A DNA stretch of 64,000 nt, from IMG/VR virus record IMGVR_UViG_3300037755_000799; one strand, 5' to 3'. A program made the position numbers and the translations under genes. This stretch comes from an uncultured virus (IMG/VR IMGVR_UViG_3300037755_000799). Lineage: Duplodnaviria; Heunggongvirae; Uroviricota; Caudoviricetes. Position 1 is the first letter of the stretch, and each line of letters starts with the position of its first letter. Of this stretch, positions 56,401 through 64,000 are shown piece after piece. The notes beneath the pieces were generated by a model, which did not search any database, was not told where the DNA came from, and saw only the letters and a list, made by a program, of their open reading frames with translations.

Positions 56401-57363
56401 TACAGTCCCGGCGGGTGGGATGAGCTGCAACCGGCCGTGAACTGGCATGAGTCCGATGGGACGTACATATCGACCAGCTCAACAGGTGGGGGGTTCGCGG
56501 TCGCGGCTGGTGTCTGGACGTATCTGGAGGCGACGTTCACGGCTCCGGCAACCTCGTCCAGGGCTGTGATGCTGGCGCTCCACAGTGACACGCCGGACGC
56601 GGCGGACACCTGGCATGTGTGGGGGGCCCGGATCACCCACGCCACGTCCTCGGCGGTGCATGACTCGTTCACCCGCAGCGAGACGAACAGTTGGGGCACG
56701 GCTGATTCCGGACAGACGTGGACGAACACCGGTGCGGCGGCGGGGAACTTCGATGTCGATGGCGCTGAGGGAACCCACACCCTGACGGCGGTCAACTCGG
56801 CGCACCGGTCATCCGTCACGGCGCCCAGTGCTGACTTCGACATCTACGTGGATATCGCAACCGACGCTCTGGCTGCGGGTGGTGCGCTGTATGCGGGGCC
56901 GATGGCCCGCTATACGGATGTCAACAACCTGTATGTGGCGAGGGTGGCGTTCTCCACCACGCAGACGATAACGCTGGTCATTTTCAAGCGGGTTGCTGCC
57001 GCTCAGACGAATCTCGTGTCGTTTACGACGCGGTTGACGCATGTCGCGGGGACGTTTGTCCGGGTGCGGTTCCAGGGGTTCGGCACTGCGTTGAAGGCGA
57101 AGGTGTGGGAGGCCAGTGAGCTGGAGCCGGGGCCGTGGCAGGCGGAGGTCACTGATTCTTCCCTGACTGGTGCGGCGAGTCTGGGTTGCTGGTCGCTCGC
57201 TGATGCTGCGAACACCAACACCAACCCGGTCATCAGCTTCGACAACTTCGATCTTGCCAATCCGCAGACGTACACGGTGAGCCGCTCTCAGAACGGTGTC
57301 GTCAAAACCCACAGTGCGGACACGGATGTTGTTCTCGCCTATCCCGCTTATGTGGGTCTCTAG
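53467..57363 (+). CDS. Tail tip/hub protein with LamG and carbohydrate-binding-like inserts
   Basis: WTDITSDV, ITRGRSD, YSPRNP, WPMEDG; NPFFD..W CBM-like segment; DSFTRS..WG. Confidence 0.85.
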   Translation: MAFPETILPIQVDISLDGSTWTDITSDVRRAQQIRITRGRSDWGQQVDFGRCSFALSNTDGTYSPRNPEGIYYGQIGRNTPVRVSVNTGSVALDLPGSADDYISTPDAAALDIVGDIDIRIDATLANWVLHEYPSAGETAFPTTELIAKRASGQVSWGLYIRQGRPYFEWTTDGSTINTAHSSFDLPLTASGRIALRFTMDVDNGASGFDIAFYTSDTIDGTWTELDSGTTAGTTSIHSGTADLKIGDCDESALRKPALGLVHAAQVYSGIDGTLVANPDFTAQSDGATSFNDSTGITWTVAGNTEITNRKTRFVGEIASWTPRWETGGLDVVTEVEAAGVMRRLGVGVVPTKSVMYREMTAPGRIDAGIVACWPMEDGGSATEFASAFDGHPAIQITGTVTPAAYDDWVASSAVATVGTGSLRVSVPSYTVDASGRGRVGVFVKVPAAGVVSTQRLLSISQSGTARTWSVFVNTSGNLDVRAYDGDGTQIHASGFGADSVNGLEKFVLLILIQDGSDVDYELLVVDIADSLLTAVPDNAFTSFSITGTVASYTTGRFTQIRFGEDGAMNSTAIGHLSVGNAATSHTGTAGALVGWTAEEAPSRVARIGSEEDIHAYATGAGDEQCGAQPGGTALELMRAADDVDKGILAELRSVLGVRHVTRASLYDQASALTLDYTGDDGLVAPLDPVDDDQNVTNDVTEARDGGSSARVTLDTGALSTLAPPDGIGLYDTSHTTNLLDDTQPLHHAGWRLHVGTWDETRLPQVTVNLATAPSSIESATAVDVGSRIQITNPPVWLPPDTLDLMVQGYSEVMANFEWTVTYNCTPYGPWLVAWVGDDDTVEQELEFAWADTEGAELAEALSTTETDVDLLTTSGPTWTDDVGDTPFDWRVGGEVMTVTAPGGLLNENPFFDADTTDWSGNNTTIARSTAQVLPHPRAVASLLITPNGSSATGDARCTQTAVGSIQPGASYTASLWAYSPGGWDELQPAVNWHESDGTYISTSSTGGGFAVAAGVWTYLEATFTAPATSSRAVMLALHSDTPDAADTWHVWGARITHATSSAVHDSFTRSETNSWGTADSGQTWTNTGAAAGNFDVDGAEGTHTLTAVNSAHRSSVTAPSADFDIYVDIATDALAAGGALYAGPMARYTDVNNLYVARVAFSTTQTITLVIFKRVAAAQTNLVSFTTRLTHVAGTFVRVRFQGFGTALKAKVWEASELEPGPWQAEVTDSSLTGAASLGCWSLADAANTNTNPVISFDNFDLANPQTYTVSRSQNGVVKTHSADTDVVLAYPAYVGL

Positions 57364-57372
57364 GAGGTTGTC

Positions 57373-57870
57373 GTGGCTGTAACAGCATGGCGGGCAGGTG
57401 CCCGTATTACCGCGACCAGGCTTGGGGAGATGCTGCCCGTCTGGGCGGCGTGGACGCCCACCTGGACGGCCACCAACGGTACGGCTCCTGCTTATGGGAA
57501 TGCGACCGTGGACTGCAAGTACGCGCAGAGTGGTGACGTCGTGTTCTTCGAGATGGAGATCACGTTCGGGAGCACCACGACGTTCGGTACTGCTGCCAAC
57601 GACTCCAACTGGAGGTTCACGCTGCCGGTGACGGCCGGGGAAACCCAGTTGATCGCAGGGTATGGCGAGGTCCAGGACGGCGCCGATTCGGCAGAGCGCT
57701 GGCCGATTCGCGCCCGCGTTGTCGCCACCACCGATCTCTCTCTCGAAACGTCCGGGCGGAATTACAACGACACTGCCAACACCAACAACGGTCTCATTGA
57801 CCCGGTGACTCCGCTCACCTGGGCCGACGGAGACCGGTTCCTGCTGCACGGCCACTACCAAGCAGCGTAA
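57373..57870 (+). CDS. Minor tail/fibre protein
   Basis: WRAGARITATRL; WTPTWTA; ITFGSTTTFG; FTLPV. Confidence 0.75.
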   Translation: MAVTAWRAGARITATRLGEMLPVWAAWTPTWTATNGTAPAYGNATVDCKYAQSGDVVFFEMEITFGSTTTFGTAANDSNWRFTLPVTAGETQLIAGYGEVQDGADSAERWPIRARVVATTDLSLETSGRNYNDTANTNNGLIDPVTPLTWADGDRFLLHGHYQAA

Positions 57871-57888
57871 ATAGTAAAGGAGTACCAA

Positions 57889-58116
57889 ATGGCAATACAG
57901 ACGCGCCACGTCGGAGTCACCTACACGATGACCGTTGTGGACACGACGAACTACGAGACTGTAAGGCAGGCATGGTTCAGCTCCGGCGTGACAGAGGCTG
58001 AGGTCTGGGCCGCAGGTGATGATATGGCGGCCAACCTGGAGAGCCAGGTTCCGTCGCTCGACTTCGAGGTCCGTGTCTATGAAGTGCAGGACGACGTCCA
58101 ACTGACGCACCCCTAA
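57889..58116 (+). CDS. Small hypothetical protein
   Basis: AAGGAG RBS. Confidence 0.7.
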   Translation: MAIQTRHVGVTYTMTVVDTTNYETVRQAWFSSGVTEAEVWAAGDDMAANLESQVPSLDFEVRVYEVQDDVQLTHP

Positions 58117-58134
58117 ACAGGAAGGTGCGCTTTC

Positions 58135-58587
58135 ATGGCCACCCAGTGCAAGCTCTACACCAACCAGCCGCAGACCATCGAGCCGGGCACCTGGACTGCC
58201 GTCCGCTTCGACCAAGTCCTGCGCAATGACGGCGGCATGTATCAGGGCACCGGAGACGTCACCGACCCGGAGTCCGCGCTGATCATGCCGCCGGATGACG
58301 GGGACTTCCTGTGGCTGCGCTTCGTGCACTGGGCCGCCATCACCATCCCGGACGGCGATTGCCGGGAGCGGCAGTTCCTCGCCCAGTTCGCCCGCGACCC
58401 GTACACGGTGCCGGACACGACGGGCACGACCGACGCCGACCACACCGCGGGCAAGCAGTTCCACCTCGCCTCATGGGCGTTCTACGGCCGCGACGGCCAG
58501 CCGGTGGCGGTGCGGGTGTGGCACGACCATCACGAGCCGGTGGACATCGTGCACGCCCAGTTCGTCGCAATGACGTGGGACTACTGA
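58135..58587 (+). CDS. Hypothetical beta-rich protein
   Basis: PQTIEPGTWTAVRF; precedes endolysin. Confidence 0.75.
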   Translation: MATQCKLYTNQPQTIEPGTWTAVRFDQVLRNDGGMYQGTGDVTDPESALIMPPDDGDFLWLRFVHWAAITIPDGDCRERQFLAQFARDPYTVPDTTGTTDADHTAGKQFHLASWAFYGRDGQPVAVRVWHDHHEPVDIVHAQFVAMTWDY

Positions 58588-58597
58588 GGGGGTTGCT

Positions 58598-59533
58598 GTG
58601 GCCACACCACCAGGCGCGGCGAGGTTCGCGCAGTTGTTCCGCGATGAGGGTCTGACCGTTGTCGAGGTCGGCGACTGGCGCCACCACAACCGTAACCATG
58701 TCGGTGCGTGGGGTCCGGTGCACGGCGTGATGATCCACCACACCGTCACCTCCGGCTCGGCTCGCACCGTGCAGATCTGCCGCGATGGATACGTGAAGCT
58801 CCCCGGACCTTTGTGCCACGGCGTGATCACCAAGGACGGCCGCGTGCATCTGGTCGGCTACGGGCGCACCAACCACGCCGGCTCCGGTGACCCTGACGTC
58901 CTGGCCGCGGTCATCGCCGAGCGCGCACTGCCCGCGGACAACGAGGCGAACACCGACGGCAACGCCCGCTTCTACGGCTTCGAGTGCGAGAACCTCGGCG
59001 ACGGCCGCGACCCGTGGCCGGAAGCCCAGTTGGAGGCCATCGAGAAGGTGTCCGCGGCGATCTGCCGGCATCACGACTGGGGCGCGGGCTCGGTGATCGG
59101 GCACTTGGAGTGGCAGCCGGGGAAGGTCGATCCGCGCGGTTTCTCCATGCAGACGATGCGCGGCCGTATCGCGGCACGTCTCGACGGCAACCAGCAGCAA
59201 GAGGAGGACGACATGCAGCTCGACGACGAGGTGAAGCTGAACCAGTGGATACTGGACCGCTGGCCGGATGATCTGGGGATTCAGGACGGCAGCATCCTGG
59301 TGCGCACCGCGCTCGGCTCCGGGTACGCGCACGCCCGTACAGCATCGACGCTCGCCCGGGTGGCCGCCTCCAACAGCGAGAAGATCCTCACCCAGTTGGC
59401 CGCGCAGGGTTCGGTTGCGCTGACGGACGCACAGCTGGCCGTACTCGCCGACAAGGTGGCCGCGCACCCGGTGCTGGCGGAGCAGATCGCGGAGCGGGTG
59501 GCTGCGAAGCTCGCGGAGAGGCTCGCCGAGTGA
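58598..59533 (+). CDS. Endolysin, N-acetylmuramoyl-L-alanine amidase
   Basis: GVMIHHT, PGPLCH, NHAG, YGFECEN, IGHLEW..GKVDP. Confidence 0.93.
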   Translation: MATPPGAARFAQLFRDEGLTVVEVGDWRHHNRNHVGAWGPVHGVMIHHTVTSGSARTVQICRDGYVKLPGPLCHGVITKDGRVHLVGYGRTNHAGSGDPDVLAAVIAERALPADNEANTDGNARFYGFECENLGDGRDPWPEAQLEAIEKVSAAICRHHDWGAGSVIGHLEWQPGKVDPRGFSMQTMRGRIAARLDGNQQQEEDDMQLDDEVKLNQWILDRWPDDLGIQDGSILVRTALGSGYAHARTASTLARVAASNSEKILTQLAAQGSVALTDAQLAVLADKVAAHPVLAEQIAERVAAKLAERLAE

Positions 59534-60099
59534 CCGCGATTGATTACGACTGCGAGTTCTCCACTACCGCCCCCGTGATCGACCTCGTGTCGATTGCTCT
59601 CGCGGCGGATGACGGCCGTGAGTACTACGCGATCGTCAAGGACTGCAACTTCGATGCGCTGCTCGACAGCGACTGGCTGATGGCCAACGTGGTACCCACG
59701 CTTCCCCTCGGGCTTGGCCATGACGGTGTGGGCCGCATCCTCGCCTGGGACCCCGATCTGCCGGACTTCGACAAGGTGAAGCCCCGCGAGCAGATCGCCC
59801 GGGAAGTGCAGAGCTTCGTTCTCGGCACCGACGCCGAGCAGATCCCGTACGTCGAACTCTGGGCCAACTACGGCGCATACGACCATGTCGCCCTGTGTCA
59901 GCTCTTCGGCTCGATGATCGATCTGCCGGAGGGGTTCCCGATGTGGACCAACGACATTCAGCAGGAACGGGCCCGGCTCGGTCTCGCCTGGGACGAACTC
60001 CCGAAGCAGGAGAGCGGCGAGCACAACGCGCTGGCGGACGCCCGCCACAACCGAACCGTCCGGCGCTGGCTCGCCGAACAGGAAGCGAGAACGTCATGA
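59530..60099 (+). CDS. DEDDh 3'-5' exo(ribo)nuclease, RNase AS/Rv2179c-like
   Basis: YDCEF, LWANYGAYDHVALCQLFG.M..LP, HNALADA. Confidence 0.88.
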   Translation: MTAIDYDCEFSTTAPVIDLVSIALAADDGREYYAIVKDCNFDALLDSDWLMANVVPTLPLGLGHDGVGRILAWDPDLPDFDKVKPREQIAREVQSFVLGTDAEQIPYVELWANYGAYDHVALCQLFGSMIDLPEGFPMWTNDIQQERARLGLAWDELPKQESGEHNALADARHNRTVRRWLAEQEARTS

Positions 60100-60437
60100 A
60101 GATCTTCGGCCGTGAGCCCGCGCTCATCATCGCCGCCATATCGGCCGGCCTGTCGCTGCTGGTCACCTTCAACTTCGGTCTGTCCGCTGAGCAGGCGGGC
60201 ACGATCGTCGCCGTCATCTCCGGCGTGTTCGCCGCAGCCACAGCGACGATCACCCGACCGATCGCACCGTCCGCGTTCACCGGGCTCGTCGCCGCGGTCG
60301 TCGCACTCTTCGCCGCCTACGGCTTCAGCGTCTCAGCGGAGACCGTCGGCGCCCTCAACGCCATCGTGCTCGCGGTCCTCGGACTGCTCACCCGCGGCCA
60401 GGTATCCCCGGCGGCCACGCCCGTCAAAGGCGCCTGA
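60096..60437 (+). CDS. Holin
   Basis: MKIFGREPA, about 4 TM helices, TRGQVSP; in lysis cassette. Confidence 0.8.
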   Translation: MKIFGREPALIIAAISAGLSLLVTFNFGLSAEQAGTIVAVISGVFAAATATITRPIAPSAFTGLVAAVVALFAAYGFSVSAETVGALNAIVLAVLGLLTRGQVSPAATPVKGA

Positions 60438-60474
60438 CCCTGCCCGATGAGCGCGGCGGGGAGGCGGTGGTGGC

Positions 60475-60741
60475 GTGGACGCGGCCATGGTCACCGCCCT
60501 AGCCGCTCTGGTGGCGGGGCCGGTGGCTGCGGCGGCAGCTATGTACGGCCAGCGCGGCGCGAACAGGGCGGCCCGGGAGGCTAGCGCAGTGACGGGATAC
60601 GACAGCCTGACGCAGCGGCTGGTCGCGGAGCGGGACAAGGCGGAGTCCGATCAGGCGAAGGCGGAGGCGCGCGTCGAGGTCCTCGAACTGGAGGTCGCGC
60701 GTCTGCGACTGCTGGTGACGCAGCTCGGGGGGCAGCCGTGA
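60475..60741 (+). CDS. TM plus coiled-coil lysis-cassette protein
   Basis: N-terminal hydrophobic helix, heptad C-terminus. Confidence 0.75.
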   Translation: MDAAMVTALAALVAGPVAAAAAMYGQRGANRAAREASAVTGYDSLTQRLVAERDKAESDQAKAEARVEVLELEVARLRLLVTQLGGQP

Positions 60742-61406
60742 CGCGGGCGGAGCGTGCCTTGTATCGCAGTCGGCACATGCTGTGGATCACGGCTGCGCTG
60801 CTGTTCCTCGGCGGGCTGGTGCTGCTGTCGCTGCTGTTGATCGGCCGGGAGGTGGATGCGCGTCAGCAGCTCGCGCATGAGGCCGGCTTGCGGGGGGAGG
60901 CGGTGTCGGTGTTGGCGGGTGATGTGCGGGCACTGCGGCAGCAGTTGGAAGCGGAGGGTGAGACGCCGGTGGCGCCGGACCCTAGCCGGGCGGTGGAGGG
61001 TTTACCGGATCGGGTGGAGGTTCCGGTGCCGATCCCGGGACCGCGGGGTGTACGGGGTCCGAGGGGGGAGCCTGGGAAGCCCGCGCCTACGATCACGCCG
61101 AGCCCGGGACCGTCCGGTCCGGCGGGGAAGGACGGCGCGGACTCCGCCGTCCCCGGCCCTGCCGGGCCTGCAGGTCCTCCTGGTGTGGACTCCACCGTCC
61201 CGGGTCCTCAGGGGGAGCGTGGGGAGAAGGGCGATACCGGGGAGCGTGGAGCGGCCGGGCCTTCGTGTCCGGAGGGGTATTCGCTGCAGGCGCCGTCGTA
61301 CGACCCGGATGCGTTGGTGTGCCGTCGTGATGGTGCGCCGGATCCGGGTGAGCCGGGGGGTTCGCAGGCTGCGGCGTTGGATCCGCAGCGGCGTCAGTAC
61401 GTGTAG
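60738..61406 (+). CDS. Membrane-anchored collagen-like protein
   Basis: TM helix, coiled coil, GXY repeats, CPEGY...LVC. Confidence 0.85.
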   Translation: MTRAERALYRSRHMLWITAALLFLGGLVLLSLLLIGREVDARQQLAHEAGLRGEAVSVLAGDVRALRQQLEAEGETPVAPDPSRAVEGLPDRVEVPVPIPGPRGVRGPRGEPGKPAPTITPSPGPSGPAGKDGADSAVPGPAGPAGPPGVDSTVPGPQGERGEKGDTGERGAAGPSCPEGYSLQAPSYDPDALVCRRDGAPDPGEPGGSQAAALDPQRRQYV

Positions 61407-61553
61407 GGGAGGAGGTGAGTCTTGTGTTGGATCTTCTTGTGCAGATCTGTGTGTCCCTGTCGCTGTGCCTCTGACCGGCGCCACACGCGTGCCCTCGTCG
61501 TCGCTCTCGGAGCAGGCGGCGGGGGCCGTTCTTGTTGCGCCTGAACCCGGAGC

Positions 61554-61612
61554 GTGTAGCGCGCTTGACATTCCGCCATCGATGCGGGAGTCTATGTGTA
61601 GCGCGCTACACA
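61554..61612 (+). promoter_or_regulatory. Promoter with two operator copies
   Basis: GTGTAGCGCGCTTGACA (contains TTGACA) and perfect palindrome TGTGTAGCGCGCTACACA. Confidence 0.8.
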
Positions 61613-61638
61613 AGGTGGCGTCAGGGAGGAGACCCACC

Positions 61639-62163
61639 ATGCAGGCCACCATCGCCGACATCCGCCGGGGCGACCGCTTCACCCGACTGACCGGACGCGG
61701 CGGCACCTACATCGCCCTTCGCGCAGCCAAGGGCGCGCATGGGGCCCGTGGCCCGAAGAGCCGCGTCATCGTCGTTGACGACCAGAATGATCAGCGTGGC
61801 CCCGACGGAGTGATCGACCTTGGCAACCAGGCCGACCGCAAGGCCCACATCATCGACCCCCCGTCGGACACGCCGGTCGAGATCCACGAGCGAGGCCTGA
61901 ACCTCCACCACGAGTCCGACGACCCGCTGCCCTTCACCGACACCCCCAACCCGCACCTCGCCAACAAGACCGACAGGGAGTCGGAGGCGGACAGGCTGCG
62001 GGAGCACATCCCCAACGTCGTTGGGCAGATCGCAAATCTGGGCAGTGAGCGCGACGTCCTCATCAAGCAGGCTCTCGCCGCAGGCGTCTCCGTCATCGAG
62101 CTTGCGGGGCTGACCGACCTGAGCCGAGCCCGTATCTACCAGATCCGCGACGGCCGCCGCTGA
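61639..62163 (+). CDS. Protein with C-terminal HTH
   Basis: GGAGGAG RBS; RDVLIKQALAAGVSVIELAGLTDLSRARIYQIRDG. Confidence 0.8.
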   Translation: MQATIADIRRGDRFTRLTGRGGTYIALRAAKGAHGARGPKSRVIVVDDQNDQRGPDGVIDLGNQADRKAHIIDPPSDTPVEIHERGLNLHHESDDPLPFTDTPNPHLANKTDRESEADRLREHIPNVVGQIANLGSERDVLIKQALAAGVSVIELAGLTDLSRARIYQIRDGRR

Positions 62164-62504
62164 ACCGCTAACAGCGGCAACGCGCGGACGCTACGCTCCT
62201 CCGAGTCGGGTCGCGTTGTCCGCGCGAGCGGATGTGAACCATGGGCTGCCCCGTGGGGCTCGACGAGTTGAGGTAGCTCTCCGCGCGAGCGGAGGTAGAC
62301 GGGCCCCTGGAGACGGGGGCCTTCGTCGTCTGCTTCGGCAGGTGGCGGGGGCGTAGTCTCCTGGTAGGGGCGTCCCGTGCGTGACTGCGCAGCACGCGCC
62401 CTCAAGAGCAGGGGACTGGGGTCCTGGCGGTGGCCAGGCTTGAACGATCAGAGCTGTACTGCGCCCACCCCTTGTGGCTGTCCGACGGCGGGACCCGGAC
62501 GGCG

Positions 62505-62684
62505 CTACGCCGCCTCCACCACCTCGGCCCGTACCGCGGCCGCCCACTCCGCGATCAGCCGCTCATACACCGCCCGCTGACCGTCGTCGAGCCGTACCGA
62601 CGGGTGCGGCCACAGCGCACGGATCTCCTCGTTCACGACGGCAGCAGACCGCACGGAACCAGGGCGCTCGAACGTCGGGGGCAT
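62505..62684 (-). CDS. Small hypothetical protein divergent from XRE gene (not in ORF track)
   Basis: MPPTFERPGSVRSAAVVNEEIRALW...YERLIAEWAAAVRAEVVEAA*; TAGACT -10 lies 6 nt before ATG. Confidence 0.7.
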   Translation of the reverse strand: MPPTFERPGSVRSAAVVNEEIRALWPHPSVRLDDGQRAVYERLIAEWAAAVRAEVVEAA

Positions 62685-62858
62685 GGTCTGAGTCTAACGA
62701 TCGAGACAGCCCGTCACTCATCGGCCTCCTGCCGGAAACGCACCCCGCCCCACACGAGAAAGACCCCCACGGACCGCAATCCGTAAGGGCCTTACCCAAG
62801 TACCGCCGTCGGCCGAGGCGTACCGTTCCAAGTGTCGAAGCAAGGAACGGAGACCAGT

Positions 62859-64000
62859 ATGCCCCACCCCACCGACACAACAGGAGACCTCCCCGGCGGT
62901 CGCATCAAGGACTACCGGCTCGCACGAGGCCTCACCCAAGAACAACTCGCCGACCGCGCCGGCCTCAGCCTCGGCGTCGTGAAGAAACTGGAACGCGGCG
63001 GCAAGGGCCATCTGGACACCTACCACGCGCTCGCCCGCGCCCTCCACGTCCGCACCTCCGCCCTGTTCGAGCCCGGCGCACCCCACGCCACCACCCGAGG
63101 CGACGCCGACAAAGTCGACCTCATGCCGCTCCGGCAGGCCATCACCCCACCCATGACCGCGACCGGCCGCATCCTTCCAGTGGACACCATCGAACCCGAA
63201 CCCGACCTCCGCAACCTCCGCACCACAGCCGACGCCCTCGCCGCCTCCTACTACAGCGACGACTACGGCCGCACCGCGCAATTCCTCCCCGCCCTCATCA
63301 ACAGCGCCCGCCACGCCGTCACCTACTACGACCAAGGCCCCCAGCATGTTGAGGCCGTCACCCTGCGATCCGACGTCCTCCAACTCGTCGGCCGCTACCT
63401 CACCCAGGTCCGCGCCTACGACCTCGCGCACACCGCCCTCCGAGACGCGCTCACAGACGCGACGACGGCCAGAGACGAAGCACGGGCGGCTGCCGCCGTG
63501 TACCTCCAAGGCTGGCTGCTGACCAGGCAGGGGCGCCTCGACGAAGCAGAGCGGCTCACCTTGACCACGGCGGACGAGGTGGAGCCCCGGATCTCTCGCG
63601 CCACCAAGACAGAACTGGGGGTGTGGGGGCGCCTGCTGATGCGGTCGTCGGCCGCCGCAGCCCGCAACAACCGTCCGCAGGAGGCACGCGAGATGCTCCG
63701 GCTCGCCAGCACGGCCGGCTCCGCTCTTGGCGGCGCGGTCGCTTCTTACTCGTACGGCTGGGGGAAGTTCGGCGGGTCTGCTGTCGCGCTGCAGGCAGTG
63801 GAGAACCTTCTTGTGGCTGAGCAGCCTCGCCGTGCGTTGGGGCTCTCGGTGCGGCTGCCGGTGACGGGTTCGGCCGCGACGGCGAACACGTGGAACCGGC
63901 ACCTGTTGGACGTGGCGCAGGCGCATGTGATGCTGCGGCAGGCCGATGAGTCGACGGCTGTACTGGCCGGGCTGCATCGCCAGGCGCCGGAGTGGCTACG
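62859..64000 (+). CDS. XRE-family HTH regulator with helical/TPR-like C-terminus (runs off window)
   Basis: GGRIKDYRLARGLTQEQLADRAGLSLGVVKKLERG; frame open to the window end. Confidence 0.88.
   Translation, partial: MPHPTDTTGDLPGGRIKDYRLARGLTQEQLADRAGLSLGVVKKLERGGKGHLDTYHALARALHVRTSALFEPGAPHATTRGDADKVDLMPLRQAITPPMTATGRILPVDTIEPEPDLRNLRTTADALAASYYSDDYGRTAQFLPALINSARHAVTYYDQGPQHVEAVTLRSDVLQLVGRYLTQVRAYDLAHTALRDALTDATTARDEARAAAAVYLQGWLLTRQGRLDEAERLTLTTADEVEPRISRATKTELGVWGRLLMRSSAAAARNNRPQEAREMLRLASTAGSALGGAVASYSYGWGKFGGSAVALQAVENLLVAEQPRRALGLSVRLPVTGSAATANTWNRHLLDVAQAHVMLRQADESTAVLAGLHRQAPEWL

Larger units (their letters stand above)
1..64000. mobile_element. Temperate siphovirus-type prophage (both boundaries uncertain; integrase not in window)
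   Basis: Ordered replication, packaging, head, tail and lysis modules; tape measure, no sheath gene recognised. Confidence 0.93.

Noticed and set aside
61030..61260. G-rich repeats as a DNA-level element
   Set aside because: Explained by collagen GXY codons.
62136..62405. Minus-strand ORFs after the HTH gene
   Set aside because: No RBS or recognisable motif, and they overlap a terminator-like hairpin; possibly a remnant but unsupported.
1..64000. Many long overlapping ORFs in the six-frame track (e.g. 49721-52186 -, 46650-48587 -, 39929-41431 -, 2254-3471 +, 62718-63977 -)
   Set aside because: Arg/Pro/Gly-rich shadow frames typical of high-GC DNA; they overlap motif-bearing genes and lack an RBS or coupling.
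1..64000. tRNA, rRNA or tmRNA genes, integrase and att sites
   Set aside because: No cloverleaf or T-loop signature and no recombinase motifs recognised by eye; att sites cannot be assigned without the other prophage end.

Overview
High-GC actinobacterial DNA, very likely Streptomyces (inferred from GC content, WhiB and a TraB-like gene). Almost the whole window is one temperate siphovirus-type prophage; its integrase, repressor and att sites are not visible here. Gene order: (1) ~1-15.9 kb early/middle region with RuvC-like resolvase, C5 and amino DNA methyltransferases, WhiB, vWA, a Phd-like + HNH-helicase + HTH cassette, a replication initiator with an iteron-like internal origin, a MazG-like gene and many small coupled ORFs. 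(2) ~16-27 kb accessory cassettes: NUMOD4-HNH, a plasmid/AICE-like transfer module (HTH, Spd-like membrane-HTH protein, TraB-like FtsK ATPase, clt-like repeats) and further divergent HTH-controlled operons. (3) 27-32 kb TerS, Endo VII, TerL and a portal with a long C-terminal extension. (4) 32.1-38.4 kb, a 17-gene antisense operon splitting the head module. (5) 38.6-58.6 kb Clp-type protease, HK97 capsid, decoration/LamG genes, two tail-tube-like paralogs, a chaperone with a -1 frameshift site, tape measure and tail tip. (6) 58.6-61.4 kb lysis cassette with an embedded DEDDh exonuclease. (7) Terminal HTH/XRE regulators. The strongest novelty candidates are the phage-borne TraB module with a dense in-gene TGRACC motif array, the HNH-helicase cassette, and the antisense operon that encodes a membrane-anchored portal-like fragment. 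All assignments come from reading motifs by eye; no database searches were run.
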